64,000 bases of DNA from the human T2T-CHM13v2.0 reference genome, Homo sapiens. The notes beneath the pieces are model-generated. The model did not search any database. It was given only the letters and a program-made list of their open reading frames with translations, and had not been told where the DNA came from. A program made the translations under genes and the position numbers. Shown here piece by piece: positions 27,958 to 39,519 of this stretch. The stretch lies in assembly GCF_009914755.1 (NCBI RefSeq), contig NC_060925.1. One strand, written 5' to 3'. Position 1 is the first letter of the stretch. Each line of letters begins with the position of its first letter.

Positions 27958-30900
27958 GTTTTCTTTTCTTTTTTTGATTTTTTTTAAATTTGTATGGATT
28001 TAGGAGTATAACTGCAGTTATGTTACATGCATACATTGTGTAGTGGTGAAGTCTGGGCTTTTAGGGTACCCATCACCAAATAGTGTACATTGTACCCTAA
28101 ACGTAGTTTTTCATCTCTCACCTACCCATTTTTTGGACTCTCTAATGTATATTTCTCTGGTCTGTATGTCTATGAGTACTTATTGTTTAGCTCCCACTTA
28201 TAAATGAGAACATGTGGTTCTCAGAGTTTCTGTTTCTGAGTCATTTGTCTAAGAGTAATAAGCTTCAATTCATTCATGTGCTACAAAAGACACGATTTCA
28301 TTCTTTTTCATGGCTGAGTAGTAGTCCATGTTGTATATCTACCACATTTAAATTCAATCATCCTTCGATGGACACAGGTTGATTCCATGACTTTGCTATT
28401 GTGAATAGTGCTGTTATAAACATACAAATGCAGATATTGTTTTGATAAAATGATTTCTTTTCCTATGGGTAGATATGCAGTACTGAGATTGCTGGATCAA
28501 AGAGTTGTTCTATTTTAGTTCTCTGAAAAATTTTTATACTGTTTCCCATAAAGGTTGTACTAATTTACATTTCCAGAAACAGTGTGTAAGAATACGCTTT
28601 TCTCTGCAACATTGCCAACATCTATTTTTTTTTGACTTTTTAATAGTCATTCTGACTGGTGTAAGATGGTATCTCACTGTGGTTTTAATTTGCATAACTC
28701 TGATGATTAATGATATTGAACATTTTTTCACAAGTTTGTTGGCCATTTGTATATCTACTCTTCACAAATGACTGTTCATGTCCTTTGCCCATTTTTTAGT
28801 AGGGTTGTTTGTTTTTGTCTTATTGAGTTGTTTGGCTGCCTTGTAGATTCTGAATATTAGTCTTTTGTTAGATTAATTGTTTGCAATTTTTTTTCCCATT
28901 CTGTAGGTTGTCTATTTACTCTGTTGATTATTTCTTCTGTGGTGCAAAAAGTTTTTAGTTCAATTAAGTCTTATTTGTTTATTTTTGTTTTTGTTGCATT
29001 TCCTTTTGAGGATTAGTCATAAATTCTTTGCCTACATGAATGCCCTGATGAGTTTTTCAACTCTTCTAGGATTTTTATATTTTCAGGTCTTACATTTAAG
29101 TCTTTAATATATCTTGAGTTAATTTTTGCATGTGGTGAGATAGAGGGATCTAGTTTTCTTCTGCATGTGACTACACAATATTCCCAGCACCATTTATTGT
29201 TTTGTCTGATATAAATATAGCTACTCCTGTTCCCTTTGGGTTTCTGTTTGCATGGATTATCTTTTTCCTCTCCTTTATTTTGAGTCTGTAAGTGTCTTTA
29301 CCGGTTAGGTGGCTTTCTTGTATACAGTGTATCATTGGATCATTTTTTAAATCTATTCTGCCAGCCTCTATCTTTTAAGTAGAGCATTTAGTCCATTTAC
29401 TTTTAAGATTAATATTGACATGTGAGGTTTTGTTTTTATCATTATAATGTTTACTTAATTGCTTTGTTGTCTTGATTGTGTAATTGCTTTCTAAGACATG
29501 TGAGTTTTATACTTTCATGTGTTTTCATGTTAATGACTATCATCCTCTTGTTTCCAAGTTTTAAACTCATTTGAGCATTTCTTGTAGGATCTGTCTAGTG
29601 GTTACCAATTTCTTTAGTGTTTGTTTCTCTAGGAAAGACTTTATTTGTCCTTCATTTTTGAAGCTTAGTTTAGCAGGATTCAAAATTCTTGGCTGGTATT
29701 TTTTTTCTAAAAAGACAGAAAATAGGGCCCCACTTTCTTATGGCTTGGATGGGTTCTGCAGAAATTGCTGCTGTTTATCTGATGAGATTTCCTTTATAGG
29801 TGCTTTGATGCTTCACTCTTGTCACTTTTACTATTCTTTCTTTCATGTCGACATTGCCATGTTGAGGTTCTTCTTGAAATTTATTTCCAGGAGTTCTCTA
29901 GGATTCTTATATCTGGATATCTAGATCTCTAGCAAAAACAGAGAAGTCGTTCATCTCTGCATGAAAATGGAGGGGCAGTGAGGCTCTTATTTGAAGGAAG
30001 CAGGTGCACTGGATACTTGGAATTATACCTGGGTGTGAATAGGAGAGGGAGTCAATGCACTAAGAACTCCGCACAGGAAGGGAGAGGTGACCCAGGTCCC
30101 TGATCCAGTCAAGCGGGTGTGTTGAATGCTTGGAATTATGCCTGGGTGTGGAGTGGAGGGGAAGCCCTTGCACCAAGAACTCTGCATAGAAATGGAAGGA
30201 TTACTCAGGCTCTTAATCCTGGCAATTGGGTGCACCAAATGCCTATAAATACATGCCACAGTGAGAAGTAAAGTAACTGCTGCAGTGTGGATTAATTGCT
30301 GCTGCAACAAGGTCTTTGCATGGAGAGGGAAGGGCAACTCAGGCACCTATTCCATGTCAATAGGTGTGCTAAGTGCCTGGAAATATGTCCAGTCACGGAG
30401 CAGAGGGGGCATCGCTGCACCAAGTTCTTTGCCATAGAAGGAGGATGTGCCCCATCCTCCCAATCCTGGTGAGCAAGAATGGGGTTTGCTTCCCTCCCAC
30501 TCCTTGCAACTGGTGGGCCATGCTTCTCTGACTGATCGAGGGAACAGGTGGGGGCATCCAGCAATGACACTTGTAGACCAGTCCCAGCCCATAAATCTGG
30601 CTACAAATCACATTTCCCAGGAGAAACTGTGACCTCAGTGACTCTCCTGGGCTCTAGTCCGGGGATAGGAGAGAGCCCATTTTTAGCACCTAATGCTGGG
30701 GTGCACTCCACACTCATCACTGAATTCTGGCCATGGAGGCTTTCCCCTACTCCAGAACAAGTGCTCCAATATCCAGCTGGAGACTAAAATGCCTGCAGCA
30801 GCTGTCACTTCCTGGTCACCAAACTATGACTTACTTTGTATGAGTCCATTTGAAAATGACATCCTCCTCTTAGTCCTGGGTCTGGGAAAATGCCTTCAGT

Positions 30901-31266
30901 GTTTTCCTGTGTCTTTCCCTCTCACATTCTCCCAACCTATCCCCAAGTTATCTCCAAGACTTAGGAGAAACAAGGTGCTCTCCTGTGACCTGGGTGGCAC
31001 AGACCCCTACTGGAAAAGTGAATCACAGAGGGAGTCTCTTTGCCTCCATCATGTAACTGGAGCTTCATTCACTTTTTTCAGTAATATGCCATCATGCAGG
31101 CTGCTTGCCAACCTTCTCTTCTCTGGGATTTGGAGTGTCCTTTGCTTTTCAGATGAATTCTCATATTGCTTCTTGTATGAAAGCTCATAGTGTTGAACTT
31201 TACGCACTAGTTTGCAAATTTCAAGTGGATGAGGTATGCTAAAATCCTCTAATTTACCATCTTGGA
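27958..31266 (-). mobile_element. L1PB4-like element keeping both ends, with large internal deletions (near 29199 and 29950)
   Basis: The 3' end is 'tgttacatgcatacattgtgtagtggtgaagtctgggcttttaggg'. At 29199 it jumps from late ORF2 ('cagcaccatttattg') to the start of ORF2 ('ttttgtctgatataaatatagctactcctg'). The GC-richer 5'UTR ends 'ccatcttgg' (CCAAGATGG). Confidence 0.78.
29957..30478. repeat. Diverged ~113-bp tandem monomers (about 4.5 copies) in the L1 5' region
   Basis: Units start ct(c/t)tgca and end tgca(c/a)(c/t)aag at about 29957, 30067, 30180, 30314 and 30427; shared 'tggaattat(a/g)cctgggtgtg'. Confidence 0.75.
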
Positions 31267-31491
31267 AAAAAGAAACCATAAATTTGCTCATTATCTTCAT
31301 ACTTTTGATTTGCTAGAATATCATATAGTTGGGATCATAGAGTATAGAGCTGGCTTCTTTTGCTGAGCAATGTGCATTTAAAATTTATCCATATTTTTCA
31401 TGGCTTTATAATTTATTTGTAATTTATTAGGGTAAAATATACATAAAACATAATTATCAGCATTTTAAAGTATACAACTTAGTGGCATTAA

Positions 31492-31796
<305 letters not shown>

Positions 31797-32064
31797 TAGA
31801 ACACTTTTCATTTTGCATAACTGAAATACTATACCATTAAACAATAGTGTTCCATTACCCCTTTCCCCCAGCCTCTTAAAAACACCATTCTACATCTGTT
31901 CTTATAAATTTGACTACTGTAAATACTTCATATAAGTGGAATCATACAGCATTTGTCCTTTTATGACTAGCTTATTTCACTTAGTATAACGTCCTCAAGA
32001 TTCACCCATGATGTAGCATATGCCAGAATTTTCTTTCTTCTCAATGATGAATAATATTCTACTG

Positions 32065-33822
32065 AAAAATCAACATACATAATCAGTACCATTTCTATGC
32101 ACTATCAGTGAACTATCTGAAAAATACATGGAAACCACCCAATTACAACAGCAAAAAATGTATAGAATACTTAGGAATAAATTTAGCAAAGGAGGTGAAA
32201 GACCTGTACGTTGAAAATTATAAAGCATTGATGAAATATTGAAGAAGGTACAAATACAAATGAAAATATATTTTCTGTTTTTATACACCAAAAGAATTAA
32301 TATTATCAAAATGTTATTAAAATTTTCTCCACCCAAAACATTCTATAGATTCAATGCGATCCTTATAAAAATTCTAATGACATTTTTCACAGAAAAAAAT
32401 CCTAAACTTCATATGGAACCACAAAAGACCCCCAGATAGCCAAAGCATTCTTGAGTATAAAGAGCTAAGCTAGAGGCATTATCCTACCTCATGTTAACGT
32501 CTGTAAGAAAGCTATAACAATTTTTTTAAAAGCATAAAACTGTCATAAAAATAAACACATAGATTAACACAACAAAGTAGGAAATCCAGAAATATATCAA
32601 TGCATTTATTGTCAATTGATATTCAAAAAAATGCCAAGAACACACAATGAGGAAATGACGGTCTCTTAAATGGTGCTAGGAGAATGATATACAAATGCAG
32701 TAGAATGAAATTAGACCCTTACCTCACACCATATACAAAGATAAATTCAATATGGAATAATAGTGGAATATATTTGCAAACTCTATATCTGATAATAAGT
32801 TAATACAAAAAATGTATAAGGAACTCAAACAATTCAAGAGTAAGAAAGCAACCTGATTTTAAAAAGGGCAAGGGACCAAAACAGACATTTCTCAAAAGAA
32901 GACATACAGGTGGCCAATAGGTATATGAAACAATGTTCAACGTCAGTAATTATGATGGGAATTGCAAAGTAAAATCACAAGATATCACCTCATACTTGTT
33001 AGGATGGCTATTATCAAAACAATGAACAATAACTGCTAGCAAGAATGTGGAGAAAAGAAAAGCCTTGCACATTATTGATAGGAATGTAAATTAATGTGGC
33101 CATTATGAAAAACAGTATAAAGGTTCCTCAAACAATTAAAAATAGTACCAACATATGATCCAGAGTTCCCACTACTGTGTATATATATTTCAAAGGATAT
33201 ATAATCATCAGTATATCAAGAGACATTTGAACTCCTATGCCTATTGCAGCACATGCACATAGCCAAAGTCTAGAATCAACCTAAGTGTCTATCAACAGAT
33301 GAATGAATAAAGTAAATGTCTCATATATATACACAATGAAATATTATCCAGCCTTTAAAAAGGACATCTACATGAATGAACCTGACAGACCTTATATTAA
33401 GTTAAACAAACTAGGCACAGAATGACAAATACCACATGATCATTCTGATATGTGAAATCTAAGAAGCAGAACTCATAGAAAGATAGTAAAATAGTGGTCA
33501 CTTTAGAGTTGGGGGTGGGGGAGTTTAGGTATGTTGGTCAAAGGACACAAAATTTAAGTTAGATGGAGGAATAAGTTCAAGATATCTATTGTATGTTATG
33601 ATGACTGTAGTTAATAATATATTTTACACTTGAAAATTGATAGAAGAGTGAATTTTAAATGTTCTCATTACATACACAAAAATGATCAGTATATGAAGTC
33701 ATGTATGTGTTAAATATTTTGATTTAGTCATTCCACAATGTATGCATGTATTAAACATCATGTTGTATACCATAAATACATACAATTTGACTTGCCAATT
33801 AAAAAAATAAGGAAAGAAAGAA
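32065..33822 (+). mobile_element. L1MA (MA6/MA7-like) 3' part with A-rich tail and an internal deletion near 32760
   Basis: Late ORF2 homology ('tatagattcaatgcgatcc', 'catatggaaccacaaaagacc') and 3'UTR 'aggaataagttcaagatatctattgta...ccaattaaaaaaataa'. Confidence 0.82.
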
Positions 33823-35114
33823 ATACAATGAAATCCTGTGTTGATTTTTATCCTGTAACTTTGTAAAATTTAAATATTAGCTTTAACAGTTTTTTTTTGG
33901 TGTGAGGAACACTTAGGGTTTTCTACATATAAGATCATGGTATCCATGAACAGAGGTGATTTTGTTTTTCCTTCCTAATTTTGATGCATTTTATTTCTGT
34001 TGTTTGCCTAATTGCTCTGGCAAGGACTTCCTTCCAGTACTTTGTTGACTATAAGTGGCAAAAGGTGACATTTTGATCTGGTTCCTAATCTTAGATAAAA
34101 AGCTTTCATCATTTAACCATTAACTATGATGTTAACCATGGGCTTTTCATTACACTTTTCATTATATTTTCAATATACTTTATTATGTTGAGATAGTTTC
34201 CCTCAGTTCCTAGTTTTTTGACTTTTTTAAATCATCAAAAGGTGACAAATTTTGTCAAATGTTTTTTCAGCATCATTTGAGATGATGTGAGTTTTTACCT
34301 TAATTTTATTAATGTGGAATTACATGGATTGATTTCCACCTTTTAAACCATTCTTGAATTCCAGAAATAAATCCCTCTTATTCATTGTGTATACTCTTTT
34401 CAGTGGGATGCTGAATCTAGTTTGCCAGTGTTTTGTTGTGAAATTTTGCATCTATGTTCATCAGAGATGTGTATCTGTAGTTTCTTTTTCTGGTTTGGAA
34501 TCAGGTTAGTGCCAACCTCATAGAATAAGTTTAGAACTGTTCTCTCTTCTGTCACTTTTTGGAAGAGTTTGAGAAGAATTCATATTTGTTTTTAAATGTT
34601 TGATAGAATTACTCAGTGGTCATCTGATCCTGGGCTTTTGTTTTTTAAGGGTTTTTTAAAAATTATTGATCCCCTTATTAGTTATAGGCCTGTTTATATT
34701 TTCTGATACTTCATATTTTAATCTTGGTAGAATGTGCATTTTTAGAAATTTGTTCATTTTATCTATGTTATCTATTTTTTGTATACAATTGTTCAAAATA
34801 CTTTCTTATAATCCTTTTTGTTTCTGTAAAATTGATAGCAATGTCCTCTCTTCATTTCTGATTTTAGTAATTTGGGTTTCCTTCACTTTCTTAGTCAATC
34901 TAGCTAAAGGTTTCTTCATTTAGTTGATTTTTTTTTATGAAATCAACTCTTGCTTTCATCAATTTTCTCTGATATTTTCTATTCTCTGTTTTTTTTTTTT
35001 TACTACTGCTCTAATCTTTATTATTTGTTTCCTTCTGGTAGCTTTGTGTTGAATTCTTTTTCTAGTTTCTTACATTGTAAGTTTAGGTTTTTAATTTGAG
35101 ACTTTTCTTCATCC

Positions 35115-35418
35115 TTTTTTTTTTTTTCTTAGAGACAGGATCACACTCTGTCACCCAGGCTGAAGTCCAGTGATGTGATCATAGCTCACTGCAGCCTCAA
35201 ATGCCTGGGCTTAAGTGATCCTCCTGCCCCAGCCTGCTGAGTAGCTAGGACCACAGGGATATGCCACCATGTCCAGCTATTTTTTGTTGTTGTTGTTTTG
35301 TAGAGACAGGGTCTTGCTATGTTGTCCAGGACAGTCATGAACCCCTGGGCTCAAGTGATCCTCTTGTCTCAGCCTCCCAAAGTGCTGGGAGTACAGGCAT
35401 GAGTCACCATGACTGGCC
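35115..35418 (-). mobile_element. AluJ
   Basis: J-type features 'atcatagctcactgcagcctc' and 'gggctcaagtgatcctc'. Confidence 0.9.
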
Positions 35419-35614
35419 AAGGTCTTTCATTTTTTAATGTAGACTTTTACAGTTATACATTTTCCTGTTATCACTGCTTTCGTTTCATTACTTAAGTTTT
35501 TGTATGTTATGCTTTCACTTTTATTTTTCTCAAGATATTTTCACATTTTCTTTGTGATTTCTGATATTTTCTGGTTGTTAAGAGTGTGTTGTTTAATTTT
35601 CACGTATTGGTAGG

Positions 35615-38365
35615 TGTATTAGTTCATTCTCACACTGTTATTAAGAACTACCCTAGGCTGGATAATTTATGAAGAGAAGGAGTTTAATTGACTCACAGTT
35701 CTGCAGGCTGTACAGGAAGCATGGCTGAGAGGCCTCAGGAAACTTATAATCATGGCAGAAGGTGAAGGGGAAGCAAGCACCTTTTCCACATGGAGGCAGG
35801 AGAAACAGAGAGCAAGGGGGTGGTGCCATACACTTTTAAACCATCAGATCTCATGATAACTCACTCACTATGATGAGGAGAACATGATGGAAATCCACAT
35901 CCATGATCCAATCACCTCCCACCAGGTTCTTCCCACAACATTTGGAATTACAGTTCAACATGAGATTTGAACTGAGAGCTCTCTGTCCCCTCTCTGGGGA
36001 CAGAGAGCCAAACCGCATCATTCTACCACAGCCCCTCCCAAAAGTCATGTCTTTTTCATATTTCAAAACACAATGATTCCTTCATAACAGTCCCCCAAAG
36101 TCTTAATTCATTCCAGCCTTAACCCAAAGCCCAAGTCCAAAGTCTCATCTGAGACAAGGCTAGTGCCTTCCAATTTTCACAGCTCTACTAGGCAGTTCCC
36201 CAGTAGGGACTCTGTGTGGGGGCTCCAACCACACATTTCCCCTCTACACTGCCCTAGTAGAAGTTCTCCATGGGAGGCTGAGGTGGGAGGATCACTTGAG
36301 CCCAGGAGTTCAAGGCTGCAGTGATCTATGATTGTGTCACTGCACTCCAGGCTAAATGATAGAATGAGAACCCATTTTAAAAAATATATGAATAAAAAAA
36401 GGTAAGAAGATATTTGGTATTATTTCAATTTTTAAATTTTATTATTTTATTTTTATTTTATTTTATTATTTCAAAATCTAAATTTTAAATAAGGCTAGTG
36501 CCTTATTTTACATGTTTTATAAACCTGTAAAATAAAAAACAAGTTAGTTACTTTGAAGATATAATGAGGATACAGGCATTGGGTAAATACATCCATTCCA
36601 AATGGGATAAATTGGCTAAAACAAAGTAGGTAAAGGCCTCATACAAGTCTGAAACCCAGCAAGGCAGTCATTAAATCTTAGAGCTTCAAAATAATCTCCT
36701 TTGACTCCATGTCTCATATCCAGGGTACACTGATGCAGGGAGTGGGCTCCCAAGGCCTTGGGGAGCTCTGGCCCTGTGGCTTTCCAGGGTACAGCCCCCA
36801 TGGCTGCTTTTGCAAGCTGGCATTGATTATCTGTGGCTTTTTCAGGCTCACAGTGCAAGCTGTTGGTGGATCTACTATTCTGCAGTCTGGAGGATGGTGG
36901 CCCACTTTTCACAGCTCTACTAGGCAGTTCCCCAGTAGGGACTCTGTGTGGTGGCTCCAACCCCACATTTCCCCTTTACACTGCCCTAGTAGAGGTTCTC
37001 CATGAGGGCCCCTGCAACAGACTTCTGCATGGACATTCAGGCATTTCCTTACATCTTCTGAAATCTAGACAGAGGTTTCCAAACCTCAACTCTAGCCTTC
37101 TGCACACCCACAGGCCCAATACCACGTGGAAGCCACCAAGACTTATGGCTTCCACCCTCTGAAGCCACAACCTGAGCTGTACCTTGGCCCCTTTTTAGCC
37201 ACAGCTGGAGCTGGAGCAACTGAAACACAGGGTGACATGTCCTGAGGCTGCACAAAGCAGCAGGGCCCTGGGCCTGGCCCATGAAACCGTTTTTCCCTCT
37301 TAGGCCTCCAGACCTGTGATGGATGGGTCTTCCAGAAGGACTCTGAAAGGCCTGGAAACATTTTTCCCATTGTCTTGGCTATTAACGTTGGGCTTCTCTT
37401 TATTTATGCTAATTTCTGCTGCCAGCTTGGGCTTGAATTCCTCCCCACAAAAAGTTTTTGTTTTCTATCACATGGTCAGGCTGCAAATTTTCCAAATTTT
37501 ATGATCTGCTTCCCTTTTAAATATAAGTTCCAATTTGAGACCATCTCTTTCCTTATGCAAATGAGCATAGGCTTTTAAAAGCAGCAGGCCACATATTCAG
37601 TGCTTTGCTGCTTAGAAATTATTTCCCTCAGATACCCTAAATCATCTCTCTCAAGTTCAGAGTTCCACAGATCTCTAGAGCAGGGGCACAATGCCACCAG
37701 TCTCTCTGCTAAAGCATAGAAAGAGTGACCTTTGCTCCAGTTCCCAATAAGTTTCTTATCTTTATCTGAGACCACCTCAGCCTGGACTTCATTATCTATA
37801 TTACTATTAACATTTTTGTCACAACCATTCAACAATTCTCTAGGAAATTCCAAACTTTCCCACATTTTCCTGTCTTCTTCTGAGCCCTCCAAAATGTTCT
37901 AATCTCTGCCAGTTACGCAATTCCCAATTTGCTTCCACATTTTCAGGTATCTTTATAGCAGTGCCCAATTGCCAGTATAAATTTTCTCTGTTAGTTCATT
38001 CTCACACTGCTATAAAGAACTACTTGAGACTGAGTAATTTATGAAGAAAAGAGGTTTAATTGACTTAGTTCTGCAGGGTGTATAGGAGGCATAGCTGAGA
38101 GACCTCAGGAAACTTAAAATCATGGCAGAAGGTGAAGGGAAACCCAGCACCTTCTTCACATGGCAGCATCAGAGAGAGGGCAAGGGAAAAGTGTCATAGA
38201 CTTTTAAACCACCAGCTCTCATGAGAACTCACTCAGTATTGTGAGAATAACATGAGGGAAATGCACACCCATGATCCAATCACCTCCCACCATGTCCCTC
38301 CCCCAACGTTGGCAATTAGAACTCAACATGAGATTTGGGTGGGGACACAGAGAAAAACCACTTCA
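35615..38365 (-). mobile_element. Complete MaLR provirus (MSTA-like): LTR 35615-36020, internal 36021-37986, LTR 37987-38365
   Basis: Two homologous LTRs ('ttagttcattctcacactg...cctcaggaaactta..atcatggcagaaggtgaagggga') flank an MST/THE1-type internal region. Exact 5-bp TSD gtagg (35610-35614 / 38366-38370). Confidence 0.92.
36170..36504 (+). other. Complex locally templated insertion inside MSTA-int
   Basis: 36174-36272 copies 36906-37004 and 36271-36436 copies 38583-38747, followed by AT filler. aaggctagtgcctt is duplicated at 36156-36169 and 36491-36504. Confidence 0.9.
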
Positions 38366-38403
38366 GTAGGCTTTCCAATTTTTCTTTTGAAAAAGATACT
38401 TTG

Positions 38404-38712
38404 GGCTGGGCATGATGGCTTATGCCTGTAACCCTGGAAATTTAGAAGGCTGAGGAGGGAAGGTTGCTTGAAGCCAGGAGTTCAAGATCACCTGAGCAAC
38501 ATAACAATACCTCCACCTCTACAGACTTTTTTATTTTTTAATTAGCTGGGCTTGGTGGTCCATGACTATAGTCCTAGCTACTTGGGAGGCTGAGGTGGGA
38601 GGATCACTTGAGCCCAGGAGTTCAAGGCTGCAGCAATCTATGATTGTGTCACTGCACTCCAGCCTAAATGATAGAATGAGAACCCATCCTTAAAAATATA
38701 TGAATAAAAAAG
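38404..38712 (+). mobile_element. AluJ with a T-rich central linker
   Basis: 'ggctgggcatgatggct...ggaggatcacttgagcccaggagttcaaggctgcag'. Degenerate TSD aaaagatactttg / agaagatatttgg. Confidence 0.88.
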
Positions 38713-39519
38713 GTAAGAAGATATTTGGTATTATTTCAGTTTTTAAAATGTATGAGACTTTTTGTGATCTAACACATTATCTATTCTGGAGAATGCTTGA
38801 GTAAAATGTATACCTTATTCTGCTATTGTTGGGTGGAGTGTTATGTGTATCTTTGATAGGTCCAATTGGTATATAGAGTAGTTGAAATCTTTTATTTTCT
38901 CATTTATCTTCTGCCTGGTTGTGTTATCCATTATTGAAAGTGCGGTATTAATTAAAGTTGCCTACAATTATTGTCAAGCTATCTATTTCTCCCTTCAATT
39001 CTGTCAATATTTGGTTTATATATTTAGGAACTCTGATGTTTGGTGTAGATATTTTTATAATTATTATATCTTCTCAGTGTATTAATTATTTTATTGGTAT
39101 ATAACATTCTTCTTTTTCTCTTTTACCAGTTTTTACCTAAAGTTTATTTTGTTTGAAATTAGTATAGTCATGCTTGATCTCTTTTAATTACCATTTGTGT
39201 TGAATATTATTTTACATACTTTCATTTTTAGTCTATGTGTGTCCTTAGATCTAAAATGAGCCTCTTGTATACAGCAAAGAATTGAATCTTGATTTTTTAA
39301 ATCCATTCAACCACTCTCTGTATTTTGATTGGAGAAATTAATCCATTTACAGTTAAATTAATTATTTATATGTGAGGACTTTTTGTTTTCCTTATGTCTT
39401 ACATTGGTCTTTCATTTCTTCCCTTATTGCCTTGTTTGTGTTTAATTTTGTTTTTAGAGTAATATGTTTTGATTCTCTGATTATTTCCTTTTTTGTATAT
39501 TCTATAGATTTCTTTTTCA

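Noticed and set aside
29957-30478. CRISPR-like repeat/spacer array
   Set aside because: The units are diverged whole-length tandem monomers inside an L1 in a primate genome, with no constant repeat plus unique spacers and no cas genes.
36271-36380. Independent Alu right-arm (FRAM) insertion
   Set aside because: It carries the unique flank of the AluJ at 38404-38712, so it is a local DNA copy.
36616-37892. Overlapping ORFs as host genes
   Set aside because: They are fragments of the decayed MaLR internal ORF and its antisense.
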